Positions 39,563 to 49,772 are shown, counted from the stretch's first letter. The stretch is DNA of 58,011 nucleotides from Vallitaleaceae bacterium (GCA_029935405.1 JAOZKH010000002.1:18122-76132); one strand, 5' to 3'. Numbers and translations: made by a program. The notes: generated by a model not told the origin, from the letters alone.

Positions 39563-40489
39563 TTATAATTTTGAAAATTCAACAGCAATTTGACCGCCAA
39601 CTTTTGCATTATTATATACAAGTTCGATATTTGATGCTAAACTGTCGCCACCTGTATTATCCTTGATCTTTGAAAGTAGGAAGGGCGTTGTCTCTTTTCC
39701 CTTAATACCAAGTTCTTTTGCTTCCTTAAGAGCATCAAAAATTGCTTTGTTAATAATATCAACATCCATTGCAAGTTCATCAGGAATAGGATTTCCGATA
39801 ACTATCCCACCTTTTAGTGAAAGGTCCCATTTAGATTTCATAACATTGGCAATTTCATTAGGAGTTTCCATTTTATAATCTGCCTTGAAACCACTTTGTG
39901 AAGTATAAAAAGCAGGGAATTCATCTGTTTGATAGGCAAGAACAGGAACTCCTTGAGTCTCAAGATATTCTAGTGTAAGTCCAATATCAAGAATGGATTT
40001 AACTCCTGCACAAATAACAGCAACGTCAGTATTTGCAAGTTCACTAAGATCAGCTGAAATATCAAATGTTTCTGCAGCACCTTTGTGAACGCCACCAATT
40101 CCACCAGTTACAAAAACTTTAATACCAGCAAGTGAAGCACAAATCATAGTGGTTGCCACGGTTGTTGCACCATTTAATTTTTTTGAGATAACAATAGGTA
40201 GATCTCTTCTTGAAACTTTTAAAATTTCTGACTCTTTACCCATAAATTCGAGTTCTTCATCAGTTAATCCGATTTTAATTCGGCCATTGATGATACCTAT
40301 CGTAGCGGGAACAGCACCTTGTTCTCTTATTATATTTTCAACGATTTTAGCAGTTTCAACATTTTGAGGATAAGGCATTCCATGAGAGATAATAGTTGAT
40401 TCTAAAGCAACGATAGCCTTCTTAGCTTTAATGGCTTCTTTAATCTCGGGTAATATGTCTACATAATTGTTAAATAATTCTTTATTCAT
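39563..40489 (-). CDS. psuG: Pseudouridine-5'-phosphate glycosidase
   Basis: VALESTIISHGMPYPQN, KVSRRD, GATTVA, DISADL, TPFLL. Confidence 0.95.
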   Translation of the reverse strand: MNKELFNNYVDILPEIKEAIKAKKAIVALESTIISHGMPYPQNVETAKIVENIIREQGAVPATIGIINGRIKIGLTDEELEFMGKESEILKVSRRDLPIVISKKLNGATTVATTMICASLAGIKVFVTGGIGGVHKGAAETFDISADLSELANTDVAVICAGVKSILDIGLTLEYLETQGVPVLAYQTDEFPAFYTSQSGFKADYKMETPNEIANVMKSKWDLSLKGGIVIGNPIPDELAMDVDIINKAIFDALKEAKELGIKGKETTPFLLSKIKDNTGGDSLASNIELVYNNAKVGGQIAVEFSKL

Positions 40490-40506
40490 AATTAATCTCC
40501 TTGTAA

Positions 40507-41577
40507 TTATAATTTTAAATCTGTTTGTGATAAGTTTTTATTAACAGTATCTTCAGTGTTTAAAGCGATAGTGGCTGCTTTTTGACCGCACATAACAATG
40601 TTCGAAATAGTAAAATTATTAAAAAATCCATAAGAAATCCCAGCGGTGAAGGCATCTCCAGCTCCATTGGCATTAATTATTTGAGTTACTATAGGTTTTA
40701 GTATTTCGACTTTTTGATTGTTAAGATAAGCGATGCCTTTTTTGCCAAGGGTAATCATTGGATGATTAACACCTTTTGAATGAAGGGTAATTAATGCGTT
40801 TTTGATTTCTTCCATAGTATTAAGTGGTTTATTAATTATTGCAGAAGCTTCCAATAGATTTGGTTTAAGGCAAAAAATATTTTGTAAATGAGATTTGATT
40901 TTTGTAGATTTTGAAATACTAACAGTATCAACAATAAATCGGCTTTCTTGAAAGTTAAGAAGTAAAAAGTCAATTACTTCTTGATCAAGATTTGTATCAA
41001 TAATTATATGTTCAGCATTGGTAATTAAGTTGCTATTGGACTTGATATAACTGATATTAATCTCTTTAGTTATATCCATATGAGATATAGCAACTTTCAT
41101 GTCATTGTGGTCATCAAGAATAGACATATATATAGAAGTTGATGCAGTTGATAGACGTTTAACATGGTGAATATCAACACCGGCGCTTTGGGTCTGATTT
41201 AAGATTTGTTCACCATAAGAATCGTTGCCAACAGCAGATAAAAGTTTTGTTGCTACACCTAGATGAGCAAGGTTTTCAGCTATATTTCTTCCAACGCCTC
41301 CTGGAGAGGTGGTAATTGTTCCAGGATTTGAATCTTCCATAATTAGTTTCGTTGTTGGAGTTCCAAGTATATCCATATTAGAACCACCGATAACTAGAAC
41401 ATACTTTTCAGGTTGCAATAAATAACCCTTACCCTTAATAACGCCTTTTTTAGTAAGGTTGGAGATATGAACAGCAACGCTAGATCGTTCTATTCCAAGG
41501 ATATCAGCTAACTCCTGTTGAGAAATCATTGGATTTTGTTTCAAATAAGATAATATTTCGGTTTCTCTTTGTGTCAT
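40507..41577 (-). CDS. psuK: HTH-fused PfkB kinase (pseudouridine kinase)
   Basis: N-terminal HTH (ISQQELADILGIERSSVAVHISNL), GGVGRNIAENL, GAGDAF. Confidence 0.85.
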   Translation of the reverse strand: MTQRETEILSYLKQNPMISQQELADILGIERSSVAVHISNLTKKGVIKGKGYLLQPEKYVLVIGGSNMDILGTPTTKLIMEDSNPGTITTSPGGVGRNIAENLAHLGVATKLLSAVGNDSYGEQILNQTQSAGVDIHHVKRLSTASTSIYMSILDDHNDMKVAISHMDITKEINISYIKSNSNLITNAEHIIIDTNLDQEVIDFLLLNFQESRFIVDTVSISKSTKIKSHLQNIFCLKPNLLEASAIINKPLNTMEEIKNALITLHSKGVNHPMITLGKKGIAYLNNQKVEILKPIVTQIINANGAGDAFTAGISYGFFNNFTISNIVMCGQKAATIALNTEDTVNKNLSQTDLKL

Positions 41578-41612
41578 TTTATATCAACTTTCCTTCCATT
41601 TGTGAAGTTTTG

Positions 41613-41677
41613 TAAACAATAGTTTGCCTGATAAACATTTGTTTACTCAGTATAATATAAATCTAATGATAATGCAA
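41613..41677 (-). promoter_or_regulatory. psuKG promoter with two palindromic operators
   Basis: Minus strand TTGCAT (41677-41672), 17 nt, TATACT (41654-41649). TAAACATTTGTTTA (41632-41645) and TAAACAATAGTTTG (41613-41626). Confidence 0.6.
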
Positions 41678-41795
41678 GTATAAATATTATTTTATTTATG
41701 ATATACTAGCATAAATAAAACAGAGGAAATAAAAGTATAAGAGCAAATATTTATTTTTCGAAAATTTATAAATAATAAGATTTTAGGAGGATGTT

Positions 41796-42980
41796 ATGAT
41801 ATCAAATAAAATGGCTGATTTAGTTGCAGGCAGTTCGTTGATTCGAGCTATGTTTGAAGAGGGGAAGAGACTTTCGAAAATTCACGGAATAGAAAATGTA
41901 TATGATTATAGTTTAGGTAATCCTAATGTTGAGCCACCTGAAGCTATAAAAATAGCTATTAGTGAAATCTTAAGTGAAGAAGCGCCTGGAATGATACATG
42001 GATATATGAATAATTCAGGCTATGAAGATGTTAGGCAAGATATTGCAGAGTATACTAATAAAATAAATGGAACAAATGTTTCAAAGGACCATGTAGTGAT
42101 GACATGTGGAGCAGCTGGTGGATTGAATATTACTTTTAAAACTCTCTTAAATCCAGGAGATGAAATATTAGTATTTGCTCCTTATTTTGGTGAGTATAGA
42201 AATTATGCTAGTAATTTTGATGCTAAACTTGTTGTTGTGCCGCCAGATACTAGCACGTTTCAACCAAATTTAGAATTACTGCCTGAATATATTAATGAGA
42301 AAACTAAAATAGTAATTGTTAACTCACCTAATAATCCATCAGGTGTTGTATACAGTGAAAAAACAATTATTGATATGGCAAAAGTTTTAAAAGATAAAGA
42401 AAAAGAATATGGTCATAGTATCTTCTTGCTTTCTGATGAACCTTACCGTGAAATTGTATATGATGATATAAAAGTTCCTTATCTTTTGAATTATTATAGT
42501 AATACAATTGTTGGTTATTCATATTCTAAATCATTATCTTTGCCGGGAGAACGAATAGGTTATTTAGTTGTTCATCCAGAGATTGAAGACCTTAATCAAG
42601 TTATGTCTTCATTAAATGTAGCTAATAGAATTCTTGGCTTTGTTAATGCACCTTCTTTGTTTCAACGTGTTGTGGCAAAGACTTTAGATGCAAGGGTAGA
42701 TATAAATGTATACAAGAAAAATCGTGATATATTATATAATCATATAAGAGAAGTTGGATTTGAAGCACTTAAACCTGAAGGAGCTTTCTATTTGTTTATG
42801 AAAACACCTATTGAAGATGATGTTAAATTTTGCGCAGATGCAAAACAGTTTAATCTGCTATTAGTACCAGGTACTGCGTTTGGATGCAGCGGCTATGTAA
42901 GATTGTCCTATTGTATTTCATATGAACGTATTGTCAATTCATTGCCTGCTTTAAAGAAGTTATGGGACTTGTATAAGTAA
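41796..42980 (+). CDS. PLP-dependent class I aminotransferase (aspartate aminotransferase-like)
   Basis: NSPNNPSG, SDEPY, SYSKSLSLPGERIG. Confidence 0.9.
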   Translation: MISNKMADLVAGSSLIRAMFEEGKRLSKIHGIENVYDYSLGNPNVEPPEAIKIAISEILSEEAPGMIHGYMNNSGYEDVRQDIAEYTNKINGTNVSKDHVVMTCGAAGGLNITFKTLLNPGDEILVFAPYFGEYRNYASNFDAKLVVVPPDTSTFQPNLELLPEYINEKTKIVIVNSPNNPSGVVYSEKTIIDMAKVLKDKEKEYGHSIFLLSDEPYREIVYDDIKVPYLLNYYSNTIVGYSYSKSLSLPGERIGYLVVHPEIEDLNQVMSSLNVANRILGFVNAPSLFQRVVAKTLDARVDINVYKKNRDILYNHIREVGFEALKPEGAFYLFMKTPIEDDVKFCADAKQFNLLLVPGTAFGCSGYVRLSYCISYERIVNSLPALKKLWDLYK

Positions 42981-43037
42981 AGATTTCAACAATATTAAAT
43001 TGATAGAAATAAATTGATAGCTACAAGGAGTGAATTC

Positions 43038-43271
43038 ATGATTACTTATGAAGTATCAACTGAGCCAGTGGGCTTTATAGTATATGCAATGTTAGATGGA
43101 GAAAAATTATCTCTAGGCGCATTTGCAAAAGCGGCATCAATAGAGATTCTCGAAGTGATGAAAATTATGACTTTGGAAGGTGGATTTAAAGCTGAACCTA
43201 ATGATGCACTTGCTTTTTTTCTATTTGAAGATCGAGCTCAAGCATTTATTTTAACATTAAGTGATATGTAG
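43038..43271 (+). CDS. Small hypothetical protein
   Basis: ATG 43038 after AAGGAG; co-oriented in the gene run. Confidence 0.6.
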   Translation: MITYEVSTEPVGFIVYAMLDGEKLSLGAFAKAASIEILEVMKIMTLEGGFKAEPNDALAFFLFEDRAQAFILTLSDM

Positions 43272-43331
43272 AATTAAAACAGAATAGAATTAAAACAGAA
43301 TAGAATTAAAAAAGTTAAGAATTAAAAAAGT
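43269..43331 (+). repeat. Intergenic tandem repeat (TAGAATTAAAACAGAA x2, then AGAATTAAAAAAGT x2)
   Basis: Read directly from the sequence. Confidence 0.75.
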
Positions 43332-43342
43332 AAAGGGGATTT

Positions 43343-43918
43343 ATGAGTAAAATTCAATGGAAACCAGGGAATATGTTATATCCTCTTCCAGTAGTTATTG
43401 TGACTTGCGGTGAAACTACTGAAGAATATAACGGGATAACGATAGCATGGACAGGAACGATTTGTACTAATCCGCCGATGACTTATATCTCAATAAGACC
43501 TACAAGACACTCTTATGATATTATTAAACGTCAAGGAGGTTTTGTCATTAATCTTACGACAGAGGAAATGGCATTTGCGACAGATTATATTGGTGTAAAA
43601 ACTGGAGCAAAAGAAGCTAAGCTAGATAAAATGAAATTAGACTATGATATCGGAGAGATAATAAAAGCTCCTCTATTAAGAAACAGCCCTGTATGTATAG
43701 AATGTGAAACAACAGAAATACTAGAACTAGGTTCACATCACATGTTTATGGCAAAAGTTGTAAAAGTTCATGTGGAAGAAAATTTGATGGATGATAGTAA
43801 TAAATTTCATCTAGATAAGAGTAAACCAATTGTGTACAGTCATGGGAATTATTATGGACTAGGAGAATATAAAGGAAAGTTTGGATATTCTGTTTCGAAG
43901 AAAGGAAAAAGGAATTAA
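43343..43918 (+). CDS. Flavin reductase-family protein
   Basis: YPLPVVIV, TIAWTG, ISIRPTRHSY, IEC, LGSHHMF. Confidence 0.88.
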   Translation: MSKIQWKPGNMLYPLPVVIVTCGETTEEYNGITIAWTGTICTNPPMTYISIRPTRHSYDIIKRQGGFVINLTTEEMAFATDYIGVKTGAKEAKLDKMKLDYDIGEIIKAPLLRNSPVCIECETTEILELGSHHMFMAKVVKVHVEENLMDDSNKFHLDKSKPIVYSHGNYYGLGEYKGKFGYSVSKKGKRN

Positions 43919-43919
43919 G

Positions 43920-44420
43920 GTGGGTAATAATGAAGTAATTAGTAAAAAGGCACAAGTTTATGATTACTTAAAACAAATGAAAATCGAATATAAAAAGGTT
44001 AAACATACCCCGGTTTTCACAATAGATGAAGCAAAAGCTTTAGGTGAAGTCATAGAAGGACAACAATGTAAAAACTTGTTCTTAAAAAACAAAAAAGGCA
44101 GGGAACATTACTTAGTTATTATGCCTGAGAATTTAGAATTTAATATTAAGGAATTTAAGGAAAAGTTTTCTTTGACAAATCCTTCTTTTGCATCTAAAGA
44201 GCGGTTGTATAAGTATTTAGGTGTTTCACCAGGATCTGTAAGTGTATTTGGCCTCTTAAATGATACGAATAAAGAAGTGAAGGTTTTTGTTTCAAAAGCA
44301 TTTAATAAAAAAGAAGCTATAACTTTTCATCCAAATAGTAACGATGAAACTTTAGCTATTTCCTATAATGATTTTATTACTTTTATCGGAAGTTTAGAAT
44401 ATGAAATCAGGTTTTATTAA
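43920..44420 (+). CDS. YbaK/ProX aminoacyl-tRNA editing protein (ProXp-ala/PrdX-like)
   Basis: H.PVFT, CKNLFLKNKK, LGVSPGSVS, FHPNSN. Probable GTG start at 43920. Confidence 0.85.
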   Translation: MGNNEVISKKAQVYDYLKQMKIEYKKVKHTPVFTIDEAKALGEVIEGQQCKNLFLKNKKGREHYLVIMPENLEFNIKEFKEKFSLTNPSFASKERLYKYLGVSPGSVSVFGLLNDTNKEVKVFVSKAFNKKEAITFHPNSNDETLAISYNDFITFIGSLEYEIRFY

Positions 44421-44443
44421 CGATTAGTCATAGGAGGAATTTA

Positions 44444-45448
44444 ATGTATTTATCAGAAGAAAAAGTAATAAAATTACTCGAAATTACTGAAAGTGTTGAT
44501 AAAGAATTCAGGTCACAGGAACAATTTTATAAACGATTTATTGCTATTAATAGTTTAAAGCACAGTAAAAAAATCAATATTCAGGAAATTAAATTGTTAA
44601 TGAAATTTATTAAACAAAATACAGGTTTGTTTTCACCTTTTCGAAATAATGTATTTATACTAAGTTCACTTTTAAGTATGAGCCGTAAAAAGCCAGAAGA
44701 TGCGTTTATGAGAATGATTGATCATTTGAATTTATTAAAAAGTAATGGATTCAAAAAATCACAGTATTTGCCGATGACAAGTTATACTATTGAAACGTTG
44801 ATGTTTGATGATAACATTCAAGACATGGCTATTCAAACAGAAAGTTATCGCGTGAGTTTACTTAATAAAGCTAAAAAAATATATGATGAAATGAAGTTAA
44901 ATCACCCATGGTTAACAGGTGGAGAGGATTATCCATTAGCAATATTAATAGCTCATAGTGATAAAGATATTGATCGTATTGAGAGTATATATTCTAAACT
45001 CTATGAAGGTGGTCTTAAAAAAGGTAATAATCTTCAAAGCATGGCAAATATCGCATCTTTATCTGATATAGAAGAAGTTATAATCACTGAAAGAGTATTA
45101 GAAATAGTTGAATTTTGTAAAAATGAAGGATTTAAAGTTAATCAAACCATGTATTCAGGAATTGCTTTGTTAGCAATTGTTTCAGAACAAAAGGAACATA
45201 TAGAACATGTTATTGAAACTACTAATATACTTAAGAAGACCAAGAAATATAGATTAATAGATAAGAACTTATTATTTATGTTTGCAGTAAACTTAGTAAG
45301 TGAAGATATTAAAAAGGAACTTAGTACAAAAACAATAACTGAAACCACACTAAGTATTACGATTGAACAGTTGATTATGGCGCAAACAGCAATTATGATA
45401 GGAGCAATTGCAGCAAGTACTGCTGCTACTACAGCAACTATTACCTAA
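44444..45448 (+). CDS. DUF4003-family protein
   Basis: IKQNTGLFSPFR, YDEMKLNHPWLTGGEDY, KKGNNLQ, Ala/Thr-rich C-terminus. Confidence 0.75.
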   Translation: MYLSEEKVIKLLEITESVDKEFRSQEQFYKRFIAINSLKHSKKINIQEIKLLMKFIKQNTGLFSPFRNNVFILSSLLSMSRKKPEDAFMRMIDHLNLLKSNGFKKSQYLPMTSYTIETLMFDDNIQDMAIQTESYRVSLLNKAKKIYDEMKLNHPWLTGGEDYPLAILIAHSDKDIDRIESIYSKLYEGGLKKGNNLQSMANIASLSDIEEVIITERVLEIVEFCKNEGFKVNQTMYSGIALLAIVSEQKEHIEHVIETTNILKKTKKYRLIDKNLLFMFAVNLVSEDIKKELSTKTITETTLSITIEQLIMAQTAIMIGAIAASTAATTATIT

Positions 45449-45490
45449 GAAACAATTTACGTATAATATATTTTTTGAAGGAGGATTTTA

Positions 45491-46051
45491 ATGAAATTAG
45501 ATTTAAGAGATATGATTTTGGTTAGTTTGTTTGCAGCATTAATGGTAGTCGGTGCTTATATAAAAATACCTACTCCTTTTGGTGTTTATATAACATTTCA
45601 ATTATTTTTTGCAATTTATGCAGGATTACTATTAAAACCTGTAGCTGCTTTTATGTCCCAGATTATTTATATACTTTTAGGATTAATAGGTTTGCCTGTA
45701 TTTTCATCAGGTGGAGGAATTGCTTATATATTTAATCCGACTTTTGGATATATTATTGGTTTTGCCGTAACTGCTTGGATTATTGCATTTTTAATGAGTC
45801 GAGTTAAGGATATTAGTATTCTAAGAGTATTGAAAATTTGTGTAATTGGATACCTTACAACATATTTAATAGGTAATATATATTTTTATTTGATAATGAA
45901 TTTAGTAGTGGGAAAGAATATATCTATATTTAATGTATTTAGTATGATGGTTATGTACATGTTAAAAGATTTTGTTTTATTGATATTGGCTTCATATACA
46001 TCAACATTAATTATTCCGGTTCTTAGAAAAAATGAATTTGCAAGGGGGTAG
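45491..46051 (+). CDS. bioY: Biotin transporter BioY
   Basis: ITFQ, Y.LLGLIGLPVFS.GGG...PTFGYIIGF. Confidence 0.9.
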   Translation: MKLDLRDMILVSLFAALMVVGAYIKIPTPFGVYITFQLFFAIYAGLLLKPVAAFMSQIIYILLGLIGLPVFSSGGGIAYIFNPTFGYIIGFAVTAWIIAFLMSRVKDISILRVLKICVIGYLTTYLIGNIYFYLIMNLVVGKNISIFNVFSMMVMYMLKDFVLLILASYTSTLIIPVLRKNEFARG

Positions 46052-46128
46052 TTAAATGATTGAAATACATGGAGAAACACCTAAATTTTGTGGTTCATGT
46101 GGTAATGCCTTATAGCAATTAGTAATAA

Positions 46129-46172
46129 ATAACAAGTAAATTCCTTGACAAACGGAATTTACTTGTTATAAT
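46129..46172 (+). promoter_or_regulatory. thrS sigma-A promoter embedded in a perfect 16-bp inverted repeat
   Basis: ATAACAAGTAAATTCC-TTGACAAAC-GGAATTTACTTGTTAT. TTGACA 46145-46150, TATAAT 46167-46172. Confidence 0.7.
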
Positions 46173-46184
46173 TAATTTAACTAA

Positions 46185-46403
46185 AACGTTGAAGAGATGA
46201 GTAAATTATTGTTGTTATAATAGAGAGGAAATTATTTTGCTGAAAGATTTCTTGTAACAGGTAATTGAAAACTAACTCTGAGTGGCTCTAACTAAGCCCG
46301 GTGACTCCGTTATCGTTTTTATAAGTGGTAGATTTCTACAATTAGGGTGGAACCGCGGGTAATCTCGTCCCTTGCAAAAGCAAGTGATAGAGGTTCTTTT
46401 TTT
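46185..46403 (+). ncRNA. T-box riboswitch (Thr) leader of thrS
   Basis: AGAGAG and GCTGAAAG stem I motifs, GAAA-ACT-AA specifier (ACU at 46271-46273), CCGTTA, T-box AATTAGGGTGGAACCGCGG at about 46340-46358, terminator with T tract at about 46403. Confidence 0.9.
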
Positions 46404-46521
46404 GATATTATTCTAAATTTAATGAAAATTTGTGGGATGATGATTTACTAATCTTACAAAGAAGGATCTCTGTACCACAATTGGATTGTGAGTTTAACTC
46501 ACGTATAGGAGGTAAGGTAAT

Positions 46522-48414
46522 ATGATTATTACACTTAAAGATGGTAGTACTAAAGAATTTGATGGAAATAAGTCGGTACATGAGATAGCTAGAGGTATAA
46601 GTGAAGGTTTAGCTCGTGTATCATTTGGTGGAGAAGTAAACGGAGAAGTAGTTGATCTTCGCACAGTAGTTAAAGAAGATAGTGAGGTTAATATTCTTAC
46701 TTTTAGGGATTTAGAGGGTAAGAAGGTATTCTGGCATTCTTCAAGTCACTTGTTAGCTCAAGCAATTAAGAGACTATATCCTGAGGCAAAACTTGCAATT
46801 GGACCTGCAATAGATAATGGTTATTACTATGATATTGACTCAGAAGTAATTATTACAGCGGATGATCTTGAGAAAATAGAAGGAGAAATGAAAAAAATAG
46901 TTAAGGAAAATTTGGACATTACTCGATTTGAACTTCCAAGAGATGAAGCGATTAAACTTATGGAAGAAAAAGAAGAAGATTATAAAGTAGAATTGATTAA
47001 CGATCTTCCAGAAGATTCTATTATTTCATTTTATCAACAAGGTGATTTTATAGATTTATGTGCAGGTCCACATCTTTTTAGAACTAAGGATATTAAAGCT
47101 ATAAAACTTATGAGTGTTGCAGGTGCCTATTGGAAAGGTTCTGAAAATAATAAAATGCTTACTAGGATTTATGGAACAAGTTTTCCTAAGAAGAAGGAAC
47201 TTGACGAGTATTTAGTAAGACTCGAAGAAGCTAAGAAACGTGATCATAGAAAACTTGGTAAAGAACTTGAACTATTTACTATGTATGAAGAAGGTCCTGG
47301 ATTTCCAGTGTTTTTAAACAAAGGTGTTCTTCTTAAAGATACATTGATTCAGTATTGGAAAGATGTGCATAAAGCTCATAATTACGTTGAAGTATCAACT
47401 CCAATTATCCTTAACAAAACTTTGTGGGAAACTTCAGGTCACTGGGGTTATTATCGTGAGAACATGTACACTACTGAAATAGATGGTGAGGATTATGCAA
47501 TTAAACCAATGAACTGTCCTGGAGGAATGTTAGCATATAAAGCTAAAAAGCATTCATATAAAGATCTTCCAATTAGAATGGGAGAACTAGGATTGGTGCA
47601 TCGTCATGAGATGAGTGGTGCATTACATGGGTTGATGAGAGTTAGAAGTTTCACACAAGATGATGCGCATATCTTTATGACCAGAGAACAAGTTAAAGAT
47701 GAAATAAAAGCTGTTATTGATCTTATTGATGAAGTATATGCTAAGTTTGGATTCACTTATCATGTTGAGTTATCAACTCAACCAGAAAAAAGTATTGGAG
47801 CTAAGGAAGACTGGGATATGGCAACTGAGTCGCTTAGACTTGCTCTTGAGGAAAAAGACATGGACTATATTCTCAATGAAGGAGATGGTGCATTTTATGG
47901 TCCTAAGATTGACTTTCATTTGGAAGATTGTATCGGTCGTACATGGCAGTGTGGAACTATTCAGTTAGATTTCCAATTACCACAGCGATTTGATCTTGAG
48001 TATACATCACATGAAGACAAAGCAGAAAGACCTATTATGCTTCACCGTGTAGCATATGGTTCAATTGAAAGATTTATTGGTATATTAATAGAGCATTATG
48101 CAGGTGCTTTTCCATATTGGTTAGCCCCTACTCAGGTTAAAATTATTTCGGTAGCTCCTGGTTTTAATGACTACTGTTATGAAGTGGCTAAACAATTAGA
48201 AGCGCAGGGTACTAGAGTTGAAGTAGATGATAGAAACGAGAGAATCGGATATAAAATCCGCGAAGCTGGAATGCAGAAGATTCCTTACTTATTTATATTA
48301 GGTGAAAAAGAGCAAGAAGCAAAAACTGTATCAATTAGACCTCGTGGACAAGTTAAGAATGTTGAAATTAGTGTTGAAGAGTTTTTGGTTAAGGCTGATA
48401 AGGAAGAAATTTAA
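46522..48414 (+). CDS. thrS: Threonine--tRNA ligase
   Basis: TGS domain, HSSSHLLAQA, DLCAGPH, RDHRKLG, KPMNCP, AFYGPKID. Confidence 0.98.
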   Translation: MIITLKDGSTKEFDGNKSVHEIARGISEGLARVSFGGEVNGEVVDLRTVVKEDSEVNILTFRDLEGKKVFWHSSSHLLAQAIKRLYPEAKLAIGPAIDNGYYYDIDSEVIITADDLEKIEGEMKKIVKENLDITRFELPRDEAIKLMEEKEEDYKVELINDLPEDSIISFYQQGDFIDLCAGPHLFRTKDIKAIKLMSVAGAYWKGSENNKMLTRIYGTSFPKKKELDEYLVRLEEAKKRDHRKLGKELELFTMYEEGPGFPVFLNKGVLLKDTLIQYWKDVHKAHNYVEVSTPIILNKTLWETSGHWGYYRENMYTTEIDGEDYAIKPMNCPGGMLAYKAKKHSYKDLPIRMGELGLVHRHEMSGALHGLMRVRSFTQDDAHIFMTREQVKDEIKAVIDLIDEVYAKFGFTYHVELSTQPEKSIGAKEDWDMATESLRLALEEKDMDYILNEGDGAFYGPKIDFHLEDCIGRTWQCGTIQLDFQLPQRFDLEYTSHEDKAERPIMLHRVAYGSIERFIGILIEHYAGAFPYWLAPTQVKIISVAPGFNDYCYEVAKQLEAQGTRVEVDDRNERIGYKIREAGMQKIPYLFILGEKEQEAKTVSIRPRGQVKNVEISVEEFLVKADKEEI

Positions 48415-48455
48415 CAGATGTAAAGAGTGAAAATAACCTTAACCATTTATAAGAT

Positions 48456-48497
48456 AAAAAAAGGTGCAAATTTCTAAATGAAATGTGCACCTTTTTT
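48456..48497. terminator. Bidirectional terminator
   Basis: AAAAAAAGGTGCA...TGCACCTTTTTT between convergent genes. Confidence 0.8.
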
Positions 48498-48519
48498 CGT
48501 GAAACTAAAATATCTACAT

Positions 48520-48549
48520 ATTTTATGAGTAGAAATATACTCTGAAAAT
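48520..48549. repeat. Second copy of the small hairpin family
   Basis: ATTTTATGAGTAGAAATATACTCTGAAAAT; first 16 nt identical to 21366-21381. Confidence 0.5.
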
Positions 48550-48554
48550 TAAAG

Positions 48555-49748
48555 TTATTTTCTTTCTGGTAACAATTCCTCGTTTAATAGTATACCTAAA
48601 CGTTTGATACCGATTAGAATATTTTTTTCATTCATGTTTGAAAAATTTAGGCGCATAGTATTTTTGGTATCACTATTTGGAAAAAATGATCCACCTGGCA
48701 CAAAAGCAACTTTATTCTTTACTGCTTTGACCATTAGAGCGTTTGTATCGATTTGCTCAGGTAATTCCACCCAAATAAACAATCCACCTTCAGGAACGGT
48801 ATATTTTGCTTGTTTTGGGAATGATTTATGCATCATGTCTAACATTAAATCTCTGCGTACCTTATATACACTAATAAGTTTTTTGATATGAGTATCTAAA
48901 TCGTATTTGTCTAAATATGCGGATAGCTCCCTTTGGTTGATTGAACTAGTTTGTAAATCAGAAGCTTGTTTAATAAGAATATATTTATTTAGAATTTCAT
49001 CTTCAGCACAGACCCATCCAATTCTTAGACCAGGTGCAAATGTTTTAGAAAATGTACCTAAATACACAACACACCCCTTGGTATCTAAAGATTTTACAGC
49101 TGGTAAACTTTCGCCTTCATACCTTAATTCACCGTAAGGATTATCTTCTATTATGATAAGGTCATATTTATTTGCCAATGTGATTAGTTCTTCTCTTCTA
49201 TTTAAACTCCAAGTTTTTCCAGAAGGGTTTTGAAAGTCAGGAACAATATAAATAAACTTGGCATTAGGATTGTCAATAATTGTTTGTTCTAAAATATCCA
49301 TTTTCATACCATAATCATCTGTTTCAACTTCTCTAAATTGACACTGATAAGTATTAAAAGCATTGATTGCACCTAAATAACTTGGACTTTCGCAAATTAC
49401 AATATCATCTGGGTCTAAGAAAATTTTCCCTGAAAAATCTAAGCCTTGTTGTGAGCCATTGGTTATTAATATGTTTTCATAAGTTGTTTTGACTTGCATT
49501 TTACTCATACGATTAACAATATGATTTCTAAGAGGTTTAAAGCCTTCTGTTGTGCTATACTGTAATGCTAATTTGCCATCATTATGAATGACTTCTTTAG
49601 AAACAGCTTCCATTGCTTCAAGTGGAAACAACTCTGGAGCAGGTAAGCCACCAGCAAACGAGATGAGCCCTTCAATCTGTGTAAGTTTCAATATTTCTCT
49701 AATTTCCGATGCTTTTATTGTTGTCATGCGCTCTGAGTATCTAGACAT
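48555..49748 (-). CDS. PLP-dependent aminotransferase (LysN/MocR-type, no HTH)
   Basis: SEIREILK, ISFAGGLPAPELFP, FQNPSG, EDNPY, TFSKTFAPGLRIG. Confidence 0.9.
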   Translation of the reverse strand: MSRYSERMTTIKASEIREILKLTQIEGLISFAGGLPAPELFPLEAMEAVSKEVIHNDGKLALQYSTTEGFKPLRNHIVNRMSKMQVKTTYENILITNGSQQGLDFSGKIFLDPDDIVICESPSYLGAINAFNTYQCQFREVETDDYGMKMDILEQTIIDNPNAKFIYIVPDFQNPSGKTWSLNRREELITLANKYDLIIIEDNPYGELRYEGESLPAVKSLDTKGCVVYLGTFSKTFAPGLRIGWVCAEDEILNKYILIKQASDLQTSSINQRELSAYLDKYDLDTHIKKLISVYKVRRDLMLDMMHKSFPKQAKYTVPEGGLFIWVELPEQIDTNALMVKAVKNKVAFVPGGSFFPNSDTKNTMRLNFSNMNEKNILIGIKRLGILLNEELLPERK

Positions 49749-49772
49749 TTTTCCTCCTGTAGTGTGTAAAGT

